Positions 27,699 through 40,956 of a stretch of DNA of 64,000 bases are shown here, in pieces. The stretch covers positions 1,612,001 to 1,676,000 of the forward strand of contig JAYWIR010000039.1 of the NCBI GenBank assembly GCA_036172245.1. Direction: 5' to 3'. The first letter of the stretch is position 1. Each line of letters starts with the position of its first letter. The DNA is from Raillietiella orientalis (taxonomy: Eukaryota). The notes under the pieces are model-generated. The model did not search any database. It saw only the letters and a list, made by a program, of their open reading frames with translations, and was not told the origin of the DNA. The position numbers and the translations under genes are program-made.

Positions 27699-28227
27699 TG
27701 GAAATTTTGCTGTGAGCATTTTCCAGATGAGATCACAAGAGCAAAAAATATGCGGGAGCAACTTTTTGTTTACCAAAGAAGAAAGAAAAAGCAGGCCAAG
27801 AGAGGCAAGCAAGGAAGAATGCAATCGATGGCGCCGGAGACTTGTAGAGCTCCCACATGAATGTGTGGCACAAGATTCATATTCATCTTCTATTGGACTT
27901 CTGACTCCGGAACATCCTTGGTCCATTCTACATCCTTGAAATTCTGAAGCGCCACGGGTCAAAAATCAGAAGGAACAAAGCAGCGCTACGACAAAGGAGC
28001 AAATACAAAGGACAAGATGGAATGGGAAAAAGTGTCAAGAGTGGGAAATCCACTCGAAGGCGGATGTGAATCCATGTTGGAACTTTACAAGTCATTGGAG
28101 CCATCGATTGGATTCTTCCTTGCTTGCCTCTCTTGGCTTGTTTTTTCTTCTTTGGTAAACAGAAAGTCATTCCCAAACATTTTTTGCTCTTGGCACCCCA
28201 TCATCACTGTTGCAAGAAAACTTCCGA
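27699..28227. repeat. diverged inverted repeat, arms ~27699-27938 and ~28012-28227
   Basis: Left CAAGAGCAAAAAAT..TGTTTACCAAAGAAGAAA..GCCAAGAGAGGCAAGCAAGGAAGAAT.CAATCGATGGC is mirrored on the right, with scattered mismatches and indels. Best-conserved core is 27736-28192. Confidence 0.9.
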
Positions 28228-31200
28228 ACTCACTTTAAGAAATTAAGTGAAAAAGGGAAGACCTTATAAATGTAGCTGAAACCTTCAGCAAATCACAAGT
28301 ATATATGACTACAAGGAGATAATAAAAGTTCAGATTCTTCAGGTTGCACAAAAATGAAATCTTTGGCTTAAAAGAAAAAGATTTTACTGTAAGTGCATCT
28401 GTGGATTGTTGATGTGACGTAAAATGGAGTTAATGGACACAAATAGGAAGATAGTGCAAACTTGGTCCATATACCTCAAGCGGCACTCTGAAATATTTTT
28501 TGGTATTTTGAGAGGGTGAATTTTGAATGGATGAGTTGATGCGCAAAACGGTTTAGTTTGGAGTGGAAGCTGTTGACTCTGAAACTCAGCCTCCCAGACG
28601 GAAAGATTTTTATGACGGAGCGCTTTACTCGGAAGGAATTTGAAAAGAAACCTTCGTAGCTTCTAAGCAGACATCCCTCAGACGATCCTGAACAGAGAAA
28701 AGCGTTTCTGTTTCCTGATGTGAAGAAAGAGACTACTGAAGTGTCACGTCGATGCAGAAACGAGAAAGCATTGGATCGTCACGAAGATAAGAGTAAGGTC
28801 ACTAAGATAAGAGTAAAAAATTCCCTTCCTCTCCCTCTCTTGCCCCCAGTCCACATTGAAATTCCCTGTCATCCCGCAACCCATACGTATCTCCTCGTTG
28901 TGCTCAGCATCTGCAAATACGTCTGTGCGCTCAGAACTCAATGAACCTTAACAGAAGCAGCAAACCATCTCAGCCATCAATAAATTCAGAATTCATCTCC
29001 CTTTCGGCCGTTTTGCTTTCTCAGAAGTTACTCAAGTGATGTCCTTTAGGATCAGATTTCCGTTAGTCGATCGTTGTGCTGAACTTCCAAAGATTCTTTA
29101 CCAAAATGAAGTTAAAAAAAGATGTTTTTATTCTACACTGAGCTAGAAGATATTGACAAATGAAGAAGTAATTCCAGTAGGAAATGAGTGTGCAAAACCG
29201 GCAGCATATTAGTGTCAGGTGGACAAGAAGCAGCTTGGAATAAACCGCTCTAGGATTGGGGTAGGTTTTCTTGTTTTGTTTTCTCTCGAACTGATCATCT
29301 GTGATTTCAAGGTCTTGAAATGAACCCTGGAAACATCAAACGAGATCAAAGTATCTCAAGATTTGAAGACTCCCATCAAGATTGACTAGTGGAAAATCTT
29401 TATTTTTCACCAAACTTCACCCCGTTCGGATTTGGTGTACTAAAAAAAAAAGAAAAAGGAATCGGATTAAAAAATGCAAGAAGACATTAAGGGAAGAATC
29501 GAGAAGTGCTAGAGAACAGAGGTGATGAGTGGCAGCTTGTCTGGCGAGCTTCGGGCATGCAACGATTCTATAAGAAGATTCAAAAAGAAAAAAAAAAGCA
29601 ATCAAAACAGCGTTCAATTAAGAGCTCTGGAATGGAATCTCAGTGGTAAATCTGATAGCAAGCAGCCTTGTCTATATGATCCAAACGAACGTTTAACTTT
29701 GTTCAAATTCGATTCAGGATTTCATTTTCCGTCTTGGAGTCACTTTCAAAGCAGAAGAAACTCGGGAACTCTTATGTTTCGTTCTCCTTTTGTTTCAAGG
29801 TAGGAAGAGGAGCACTCATTTATGGGAACAGCGAAGATCAGGAAAGGAGGCGCATTTGAGGAGCGATTCAGGGAGATCGCACGCCTATCTATACGGACTC
29901 GTGCTGTTTGTGGTGCAACGTGCAGGTCTCTTGAAGAGAGTCCCGATAGAGATCGTTGTACAATGGTACAGGCAGAGAAGGAATTTGAATTTGCAAATGA
30001 TGGTTCTGGAGGACATGCATCCACTTCGTTACTGAGCTAGAAATGCTCATGCCAAGAGGAGACCTGATATTCAACTAAAGTCTCACGATAAAGCACACTA
30101 TAGGCACATGTTACCCATTTTCTAATTCTTTAAGGATGAGAAAGGAAGCAGCTTTGACCCATATTGTGCAAAACACTGAAAGTACGAGAAGATGCACCCT
30201 TGAAGAAAGAATGCATCATAATGTTAATTAATGTCCTTCTTCCTAGGATTCGAGGCCTGAAGATAGTCGAACAAAAAAAAAAAAAAAAAAATCGAACGTG
30301 ATGAACGGAACGAAACAGAAAATCGAATGCGCAGAATCATAAGATATGCAAATGATGGTTTCACACTGCCTCTGGAATTTCTTCCAGGAACTTTCAAATG
30401 GATGAAAACACCAAGCATGTTTTTTTTTTTGTCTTTTTCGCTCGTCATCATAAAGAAAAATGAAATGCAATGGAACACAACAAAAGAAGTCAGTTGGAAA
30501 GAGCAGACATAGACATTTAAGTGAAAAAACTCGTGTTGCTAGGTCACCATCCGGTAATTTCAACCAAAACAGTTCCATGAGCAAGTCTCATGGAACTGTT
30601 TTGAACATGAAGCAATCTCTATCACAGATCTACATCGTGTCTCGAGGCAAATGCAATAAAAATAACAGCGCAGCATCTCGAAATTCCATGTAAGGATGGC
30701 GGAACATGATGCAGGTGAAAAGTGTAGGCACATGGTTTCGAGGTGCAAAAATTCCATTCTTGGACATGGAGATGACCGATCCGTTTCTCATTAGCACCAA
30801 GTCCCATGGATTCCAGACTGGGAGTGCCGAGAGCACTGGACAAGCGAACGAGAATACCAATGATGAACCAAAAAAGGACCTGAATGCAAAAGGATCTTTT
30901 TCTGCAAGCTGTCGGCAGTTTATGACTCTGACCTTGACCAGACTCTGCCATTCTGTTTAATAGTTGAGAACGGGATGGTACTTCCTTGAGGAGGGAAGGC
31001 CTCTCTCCGGAAGCTGAGTGACTAGCAGCTCATACCTGGACACGCCTAATGACTCGTCCAAACGGGTAAAAAATAAACAACGGGAGTGGGAAATTAGCAG
31101 GAGACCACAGACCTTGCAAAGTGGTCACAGCTTCCAGTTAGTCTTGGAATACGTCCCTCCCCTCAGGCTCGTATGGAGAGCTCGAGCAGACAACCAAGGA

Positions 31201-34200
31201 ATGAGTCATCGTCGTCTCAGAACAATGGGCGGAGCGCATCATCTTGCAAAAGAGAGATGCTCTCTGCAAGGCATGGCCTTGATCTCCCCGCCCCGCCGCC
31301 CCCTTTCTGTCCTCCGAAGCGGTCGTGTCCTGAACCAGAAACAACAGCCATTAAGAGGGCCTTTGCGGATTGCAGTGATGCCTTTGGAAAAGGAAGACAA
31401 CTAGAGGAGCAGGGAAAGCAAGATTTCTTGAGCCTGGGATACCGGTTCACCGGAGGCAGGTGCTTTGCGGGACGCTCGGCAGCGACTGGAGTCTACTTCA
31501 TTGAGGACTCGACTGCTCCTCCTGCAAAAGTTCCAGGGAAGCATGCGGGAGGTTCCCAGGAGCGCGGCTGCCCCAACGACGTTGTTTTCTTCGCAAGTTC
31601 CAGAATCCTTCAAAACAAGGAAATCCAAAGCCTCTGAGCTTTGTTTCGTGGGGCCGGAGCAATCCCGTTGCCACCGAGACTCAAGTGTCAATCTTCTCTT
31701 CCATCCCGGTTCGACGCGCTTCCTTGAGAACGGCGCGTCCACCGCACCTCTACCCTCAGACTGAAGAATGTCAGAGTTTCCGTCCCGCCCTCCCGCATCC
31801 TTGACTCCATCGAGGAATCTGTGGCTGTGCTGCGTGCCAGCTCCATCATCCAGGAAAGAGTGTTGTCCTCCTCCGGACGGGCTGGGAGTCTTCATGAATC
31901 ACGTGGAGTGAGGGCAGAACCCTGGCGTAACCAGGCGACGAAGGAGTTTGGATCTTTACCAGGAAGCGAAGACGTTCGGGATGATCCAGCAGTCCCCCCC
32001 CCCCCCCTCTTCTGCTCCTTCCCACCAAAACCCACGACCCCCTCTGGAACTCGTGGGGCTCCCGCTGCGCTGATCCTCGAGGGGGAATTAGAGGAGGGAG
32101 TGACGGACGAGGCGCCTCCTTGCGGTCCGAGCGTGGCAGGACAGGGCGGAGTGGGGAGTGACCCGTCATCATTCATCTCCGCCTCAATCTCCGCGGAGGA
32201 GTGCTTCCCTAGGTCCCCCACAGCTCATTGAGGAACTCTCATCTCGGAGCCCCTAAAAGAAGGGTTTCCTGTCGACGGAGAGTGCGACATTCTTCAGGGT
32301 TCGCCTCCACTCTCATGGGCAGGGGGTGGATGCGGGGAGTTGTACAGGACACCTGGCCTCGTCTCCTTTCCATCTCTTTAATCCCCGTTCCCTAACCTGA
32401 ATTGGAGCCACCTCGGCACGTGCGGGGAATGAACAATGAGGCTGCAGGAAATGGATCTCAATCTGCCCACTCCTCGAGGTATGCACATGCGAGGAGCGCG
32501 CGTCCCCTGGACTCCGACGGGGACGTCAAGCGTGAATGGCGCAGGAGAAGCTCTCGCTCGAAAAAAAAAAAAAAAGAACAAAAAAAGGGGAGTCAGGAAA
32601 GGGTTGAGCACTCTGCGCACCCTCTTCCACTTGGGAGGATTCCTGGACCTGCAGGGTGGACCGCAGGAAAGGTCGACACAGGAACTGCAGTTCCTTGCGG
32701 TTCTCACGCGCTCCGCATCCTGCGAGCCGTGACCCACAGAGGAGGGACTTTCTAGAAAAAGGGATAGGAAAAAAAGAGAGAGGCACCTGGAAAGCGTCGC
32801 TTCCTACATGAGCGGAAGATTCTCCCGGCGATGAGGAACGTCGAGAATGGTCTTCGGAACAGCAGTCTGCCCTCTTGGATGTGGAACAGTAGGAAGGCTC
32901 ACGGTCTCCTGAAGGGGGTGGACATGCTTCCTTCACCAAAGCCCCCTTCCCTTTCCAAGATGGCCGTGTCTTGGAAGAGGAAGATGGCACACGTTGTTCT
33001 CCCAACACTCAGGGAGAGGGTTCCAGCTTGAGGTGGATACGGAGAGTGGGTAGATGGATGGACGGACGCAATCCGAACCTGATGGCGGTTTTTCCTCTCT
33101 CTGAGGCCCACTCCCACTTCTTGCGAGCGAGTAAACCGTGCTTCTGGGGCTTTCACCTGGGTTTCATCCGGTTCCAGACCAGGGGATATCGAATCCTGTC
33201 GAAAAGTGCCCGTGCCAGCAAGCACTCGGGACGTGCGAACTCCAGGAACAAGATCACGTAGCGCGCGCGCAACCAGTGATATTTTTTTTTCTTCCTTTTT
33301 TTTTTTTTTGCTTTACGTAAAAAATCCCTGACCATTTTGCTCTCATTCGATGCACGCTCGTTCTTCTCTCGTCTTCTCGTTCCCTGGCAGGAAAAAAAAA
33401 AAAAAAAAATCTCTGGAAAGATCGGCACTTCTCACTTCTACGCTTGTCTACCAAGGGCGAAGAGAGCCCAAGGGAGAGCACAGACGAGAGAGAGAGGGGG
33501 GGGAGGGATAGATACCGCGCTCTCAGATCGAGTGTTTCGTATGGGAACCAGAAAGATACCGCCCTCTTCTTCGCACGAGGGGAGTGGGGGAGGCTGACGG
33601 GCTGCGATCGCTTCCTTGAACCACGTGTGCGACCAGACGAAGGATTCGTTCTCACTCGGAACGGCGGGGACTGTGCCAGGCTGCCATCTTGCATGCACCC
33701 GGGAGAGATGATGCAGCGGTCTGTGTCGATTTCCGCACGTCGTCTTCCTTGCTGCGCACGTCAGGGAAGCCTTTCGTTTCCTCTTTCATTCCTGTTTGCC
33801 CTCCTTAGCACTCCCGCGCGGCAACCACCTCTTCTTAACAGCGACAGCAACGTCTTCCAAATGTCCAGCAAGCGGAATTTCATTCCATTTCGTCGCCCGA
33901 TAGGGGGAATCCCTCAGTATCTATTGATTTGATACTCTTTAAATAAAAGAGATGCATGTGATCATCGGCCATGATGTAATAATTATACGTCAGAAAGAGA
34001 AAGTAAATTATGCTTTGGGTTACAAGTACCCTAAAAGCAAGGGAATAATTTTGTAAGGGTATTGAACAGGGGTATGCCATTCTATAGTTCAGTAATAAGG
34101 GTAATAGCGTTTGAAGAGATACACCTGCTTAAATCATTTTGGAAGAGCTTTCCATCAAATCAAGAAATGCAAAATAGAATGAGGATAATACGAATGAAAA

Positions 34201-37200
34201 ACATATGAAAGGATTAATGAAAGAAAGAGGACGAGGACATTTCGTAGTTTCGGATTCGGTCGCGTGTGCCAGGCTGAGTTTTGCAGCAAGTCGAGATCAA
34301 ACAAGGGAAAACTTCAAAACCCACAGGAAGGGAATGCGTACCCCAAAAAGGAAACGTGCATGGGAGCTATGAAACAGTCAGTTTACCGCATCACCTGATC
34401 AGCGGCCATCACACATGACCTCGTACAGGACAGTGTATTTCGGTATGCGGTAAGGTGGAGGAGGTTCCCTTTCGCGTGTTTCCCAGCAATTCGTCAGAAA
34501 GAAAAAAAAAAATCCTCTGCGTCCGCGGAACTCTTCGAATTGCTGATTTATCCCAACGAAATGTAACCAAACCTAAAACGAAAAGGGGGGGGGGAGAAGA
34601 AGGGGGGGGGGTTGGAGAGGAGGGGGGCGGGCGCAAAAAAGCAAAAAAGAAAAGAAAGGAGCGAAATGCAATGTTCGTGAAATTTTTCTCTCGACGTCGA
34701 CGACTCGGAAAGTAGGAGGGGTGGAGTCCTTCGTGAAAAACGGAGACATAAATCATTTACAACTCCATCCCGGGTTTCATCTGCAAACACTTTAGCATAC
34801 AATTTCGCAAATTTTTTTCTGAAGGTATCCCATCAAGAAACAAGGAATCGCAATAAGGATGCGACGCCAGCCGCTTGCTGCGCCTAATGAACATCCCAGC
34901 GTGTCACGGATTGCGCCAAGCCACGTGATGTCCGCTCACGAGGCGCCGCGGAGCTTTCCCGCCCCCGGCGATCTCACGCAGCATGCGAGCTCCTGCGTTG
35001 GGTATGTGGCGGCACCGGAAGTGGAGCTCTGTAACCAGTGCGTGCGCCGTTGATTTTTTTTTGTTTTTTATCCCCTCGTTCTCTTGTTCGTCACGCGCGC
35101 CCAAGTCGCAATTTGGCTAAGAAGTTAAACGGGAGATGCGGGAGGAGGGGGGAAGAAAATAAATAAAATGAAATGGAAAAACATAAGGAAATGGAAAAGA
35201 AAACAGCAAGATAGGGGGGGGGGGGGGAAGATGGAGGGTCGAGGGAAGCCACCATTTTTTAAATGGGTGCCTCTTTGTGCGTTGCGTAGGCGCGCAAGGG
35301 CTGGCGTCACAAGGTGTTACTGCGCTAACAACGGAGCAGCCAGCAAGAAGAGAACTGCAGTCTCGGCATGATTGATTCCCTTCAGCGGACAGCTATGTGC
35401 TAGGGCTGCCCTGCTCCAGACGTGCGACCGGAAGCGAATTTCCCAGGGCGGTCACTGCCGTGACTTCAACGCCTCCGGCCGGCTTGCTGCGGGGACCGAG
35501 CCAAGTGCTTTTTGGTCTCGCAGCAGCGGCAAAGATACCAGGTATCCGCCCTGCCGTGTTCCCAGTGGAGCTCATCCTGCAAAACTCCCGCTGAGATGGG
35601 GCAGAAGGAGGCTGCGCGGATTTCCTGCGCAGGAACGTGGAATGGTCGGGACGGTCACATGCGCATGCCTGTTGACACGACAGTCACAGCTCGTGGGGCG
35701 GCAAGGTGCTCCATAACAGGGGTCTCTAGGGGAAAGGAGGCTCAGCCGGGTCGTGCATTCCGTTGGTCACGGCCTGGCGACTCTGCGCGCCGTCTTCCAG
35801 GCCTCCCCTGATGCGAAGAGGGTTCGTTGAGGGCGAGGACATGTCGTTGGGGTGTAGGGTGGAGGTGGGAGAACGGTGGCTGTGGACTCACTTTTGTTTC
35901 AGCGTATCGTGGCCTCTGGGCGGGTTCGGGGCGATTGTGGCCAATCGGTGCGTGGACGCGCGGGACTGGCTGGAACCCCGGTGCGCTCTGGGAGTCAGCC
36001 AGAGACCTCCCTGTTCGCCTCATGACCTTTCGTTGTATATCTCCTGAGGTGCTATGGCGGTGGCCCGGAGTGGAGGGTTGGGGGAAACGGGGTACAGGAT
36101 CGTCGGCGTTCAGGACAGCTCCGGTATTGTTAGCCAAGTGGTGGGGAGGAAGGGTGAGGTCATTCTGATCTTGCGTGTGGGGAGGAGGGAGGGAGGGATC
36201 TGGAAGAGCTCTGGGGGCTTAAGAGACCGATGGGCACTGCGTTTGCCCGTTTTCTCTTAGGGATAAAAAGGGAGGACACATCAGGGGTGGAGTTAACCCT
36301 ATAAAGCCGCGTTCACTCTTTGTCCACCTTTTTCCCCAGAATTCTTCCTTCTCCAGGAGGAAACGTGCTCTTTCTCTGCGGAACCCTAGGGAATGGCGCT
36401 CTCCCGGTGGTGGGCGAGCGTCTCAGAGAGCGTCCTGCCTGAGGCTATTTGCTGACCTCCCCTAAGTGTGCCTTTCTCTTGCAAAAAAAGGAAAGGGGGA
36501 GAAAGGTATCTTTAAAGCTGTGGTGGTCATACTGCGTGGAGGGTCCCAAATACGTCCCGGGTCCCGCAAAGAGCCAAGCGGTCGTTGTTGCAAAGGGCCT
36601 CCGGTGAGGCGTTGTATCTCTGCCCACTTCCCCCGGCGTCCCTTTGGTTCCTGTTCGACTAGTCGGGAAATCTGCAGTCAGAGAAAAGGTGTTCACAACC
36701 TTCCTCCCTTTCTACTCTTCCCCGACTTTCCCTGACCCTTTCCTTGATTCTTTGAGAGGTTCCACAGGTCATCCGGTACGGCACCATGGCAACTAGGTGA
36801 GCGGCGACGTCTCGGAGCACGAAAGGGAAACGTGGTGGACCCAGTCCCTGGGCATAACCCGTCTCTTCCAAGCGAGGACTCCGGGACAAGGACACCTCAG
36901 GTCTCTCGGTGCGCGGGTGTCTTGCACAGGCGACCGCGCTCCTCGCAGGAAGGGTCACTGGAATGGCGGTAGCCCCTCCAGCCGGTAGTATCCTGAGGTT
37001 CGCGTCCCTCGAAAGGAAGCAGGGAGGCGGTCCCTCATATATCCCGTCCCCTGATCCCAGGAAGAGGACGAAGAGAGTGGGAACTAACCTCTTTCAACTC
37101 CCGGGATAAGAGAAGAAGAGGGGAAAGGAGAAGGAGCAGGGGGCGCTCAGGAAGCGCCCCCTCTTCACTGGAGAAAGACATCCGCTGCTGTCGCCGACCG

Positions 37201-38789
37201 CATTGTTCCCGATCGAATCCCCGACTCCCGGATGCTTTCCCAGCGACGACCAGGACCTGCTGCTGCTGTTTGTGCCGCCGGTAGAGAAGCGGCCGCAGAG
37301 AGATGTCCTAAAATACCGGGAAGAGAGCTGCTCCAGAACACGTGTGGCGCTCGTTCCCGAGAAGCTCTCCTCCCGGCCTAGAAACAGGAGAATCCCATCG
37401 GCCGCACGCTGCGCCCTGCATGTATCCCCTCCGACTGCGGCGTGCCCCCCCGAGTTTTAGGGAAGGAGGCGACCTCGAGCTTGGGTTTGCGGCTTCCCTT
37501 TGAGGGAGCCCCGGATCGGACTGCCGGTGAGCACGTCACAAGGGAAACGCCTCCTTCCCCCCTACCTCCCTCCTCCTTGCTCTTAGACGCGCCCGAGGTC
37601 CACCACCCTGTAGCAGCAGCTCATCTTTCCCTTCCCGTTGCCTCCCTTCCCGTCAAGGGCGCGAGAGACATTGACTTCGGGCCGAGACTTGACATCGTCC
37701 TCCCACAAGCAGTCGCCGTGCAGGAAACAGCAGCGCGACCACGGGATGATGGAAAAGCACGGAGGTTGGGGAGTGGAAGGAGGAGGGAGGGCTGTGGGGC
37801 GGTGGAAAAGGGGAGGGGCAGCACTTCCCTTCTCTCACGTACATCCGGGGCTCGTGGAGAGACGAGGGATGCCAGAGAGAGGCGACCATCCCGCCGAGGC
37901 CCCACGTTTTTCCGGGAGGAAGCTCCACTTATGAGAAATCATTCCTATTCTGCTCCAGGGAGGGAGAGCAGGAGAAAAAGGGGAGGCTGGTGAGAGATGC
38001 CGCCGCCCTTCTCGGATGGACTGTGCTGCCCCTTCCTCCTCCGAGGAGGACCGTGACCCGAGGGAGCTTCGCAGCCTGGCTTTCTTTCCCGAAGGATCCC
38101 TCTTTCCTTCCCTTTCGGGATGTGGAGCTTTCCCCTTCCTCTCTCTGGCTTCAATGGCGGCCCCTGCATGGGGTCAGAGTTTGCCGCACCCTCGAGCCCC
38201 AAGAATGAAGTCAAGGGTCAAGTTTGGAATGAGGGAGGGACCATCACCCCCCCCCCCCTCGGCTGTGGATAGAGCCCAGAGCCACACGTGGGGAACATGT
38301 GACCCGCTCCATCGGCCCGCACAGGATCGCACCGTTAAGAGGGAGGGGCGGCGTTTCTGGAGGGCATTTCTCCCTCCCTCCTGGTTCTTCCCGTTCCTGC
38401 GCTCCTCAGGCAGGGAAGGCGAGAGAAATTCGTTCCTCCCGGAACTTCGGCGTCGACGACGTTGGCTGAGCGCTCTCCGTCCTTGTCCCTTCTTCCGGGG
38501 AGGGATAGGGGGGCATCGTCTCCTCGAAGGTCCTCTTCGACGCTCCGCCCTCGTGACTTTGGCCTCCCGAAGGGGACGTTGTCATAGGGGGAGAAGCCCA
38601 CACTGCTCCAACAGGGGGCGGACGTCGCCGGGCGCGTGAAGCACCAGCGGGAGGAGAAGAGAGCTCCTGGGAGCGCCAGAAGAGGGGAGCAGGAGATTCT
38701 GGCGTCCCCCATCGGGCAAGAGAAAGGTGATTCAGTCGGTTGCGGGAGCTATCGGGGGCGTCCCCAGGCGGAGCGAATCGGCAGCCCTT

Positions 38790-39150
38790 GGGAGGGAAGA
38801 GAGGAGGAGGAGGAAGAGGAGGAAGAAAGAGGAAGAGGAGGAAGGAGGAAGGAAGAGGAAGCAAAAAGGAGGAAGAGACGGGCAGACCGGAGTTTGGCCA
38901 GAGGGGGTGACCCGTTCCTTGGGAAAGGAGGTGGGAGTGCAGATGGGGGGAAGACGAAGGAGGGAGAAGGACGCGTGATGCAAGCCAGGAGGCCGGTTGC
39001 CCCTTCCCCAATTTTCCGCAATCATCACGGAACGTCCCTCTTCTCTTCCCTTCCCTTCCCCTTCCTTTCCTCCTCCTCCCCCTGTACTCCCTGTGAAGGG
39101 GAGGGAGGGGACGAGGAGGAGGGAGAAAAGGAAGGGGAGAGAGGAAAGGA
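38790..39150. repeat. (GGA/GAA)-rich polypurine tract followed by adjacent polypyrimidine and polypurine tracts
   Basis: 38790-38880 almost only G/A, 39035-39081 only C/T, 39095-39150 mostly G/A. Confidence 0.75.
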
Positions 39151-39683
39151 GCGCCTGCCGCTCCTGCCGGAGGGGGGAGGAGGGTTGCATTTTTTTTTTT
39201 TTCTTTCCGTGCCGATCGAGGAAGCCCCAATCCGAGAGACGCTCGCTTGCAAGTGGGGGTGAAGTGAGGGGAGACGAAACAGCAGTAACCTCCAGGGGAG
39301 GAGGAAAGGGGTGCATGGATCTCGCCGTGCAGCTAGGGAAGCAGTTCCCAGCCTCCCATGTCCTCGTGCGTGGGGGATTTCTGTCCCTCCGGAGCCATCG
39401 CCAAGCCGCCAGACTTCCTTTCTCTTCCCTCCTTCGTTCATCCTCCCATTCTTGCCGCCACCGCGCTTTCCAGGATTGTGACGGATCGAGAAGGGGGCAG
39501 GATGCAGAAGGAAGTGGTTCCGGAGCAAGAGATGAGACCAGCGGGGGAGAGGGGGGAGGGAAGCGCAGGAAGGGAAGCGGTGGGGTGAGGACGGGAGGAG
39601 AATCCTCCTACTCTCCCGCTGGTCCCGTCAGCGGATTCCCGTTCCCTCCCCTCCCTTCCCGACGGGAATCCGTGGCTCGGCGG

Positions 39684-39784
39684 TACAAAAAGCCACGCGA
39701 GGCGCGTCCGTTCGCCATTCATCGGGCGAGCGAGCAGGGGAGCAGTCGGAGGGACTTCGCCGCCGCCCTAGGGGAAAGCAGCAG
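39684..39784 (+). promoter_or_regulatory. putative CCAP core promoter and non-coding exon 1
   Basis: TATA-like TACAAAAA at 39684, Inr-like CCATTC ~33 nt downstream (39715-39720), and a strong donor CAG|GTAAGG at 39784/39785. The matching acceptor CTTCCCAG| at 40938 precedes the CCAP ATG. Confidence 0.55.
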
Positions 39785-40956
39785 GTAAGGCGGGAAGGCC
39801 CCAGGAAGCCCCGGGGCGGGTGGGGCCACTGTCCTCTCCCTCTCTTGAGGTAGGAGGGAGGGAGGCAAGACTCGCTCTCTCATCCTGGTGCGACTCCCGG
39901 AATCCCGTTCAGGCTGCTGCTGGGCGGGCGCGCGAGAGACCCACGCATGGAGGTGAAGTGGGGGGGGGGGGGGAAGGCGAGTGGCAGACCGAATTTCCCT
40001 CCCGGCTTACACACTCCAAAGGGGAAGAAGGGCCGGGGATTTCTCTCCCATCCCTCGTCGGCCGATTGACTCCCCCTCTCCCTGCTCCCTTCCCCCGACC
40101 CCGTCTCTTCTTTTCCCCCCTCCTTCCGTGCGGGAGGAAGAAGGAGAGGGATTCCTCGGGAAGTCAATTTTTCCTGGCCGAATTCCGCAGGGATAAATGA
40201 CCCCTCCACACGCGAGGCGGGGAGAGGTGACCACCTTCCTGGGACGCCCGGGGCAATGGCGACCTTCGAAGGCGGGATGAAGGATGAGCGAGACGCGCCG
40301 ACGGTCATCCCCTCTTCCCACGGAGAGGAGGGCTGGAGGACTCCGTGCAAGCCAAGACTCCAGCCTCCTGGTCAGCGGCTGTTTCATGGGGAGACCGCCT
40401 GACCCAGAGGGGTAGCGCGTCCTGTGATTGCGAAGGGCGTCTCCCGCTCCGGGAGGAGGCAACCTCAGCCGCAGCTGCCTCGAAGGCACCGAAAGTCTCT
40501 CGACACGGGGATTGCCTTGCCCCCGCCTCCAGGGCTACTGATCTCCAGAAAGAACTCGTGCGAGGGAGGAGGAAAGGAAGGGACGGGAAAACTCCCTTTC
40601 GCTGGTCAGCATCGTCCCCCTTTCCAGACGGATGTCCTGCCCCAGAAAGATTTTTTTCCGGGATTTCGGGAATGCAAAGGGAAGGAAGGAGAAAACCTCC
40701 CTCCCTCCCTCCCTCCTCCTTTCCCGCTTCCTTCCCGTCCTCTGGGCTGACATAAGAAGCGATTGTTGAAGACCTATACGGGGAGGATGCAGACCGGCTG
40801 GGACTCATAGGGAAGGAAGAGTCCTTCCCCCCTTCTCTCCCTGGAGAGGATCTGGAACAGGCCACCTTGGAGGATGTCCAGAAATGGCGGTGGTTCCTTG
40901 CAGGTCTTCGTGGTTCCCTCCTTCTACCCTCTTCCCAGACGGAACAGAGAACGAGG

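Noticed and set aside
26177..30960. Short ORFs and splice-like signals between GRIPAP1 and the GC-rich domain
   Set aside because: No recognisable product or consistent exon chain.
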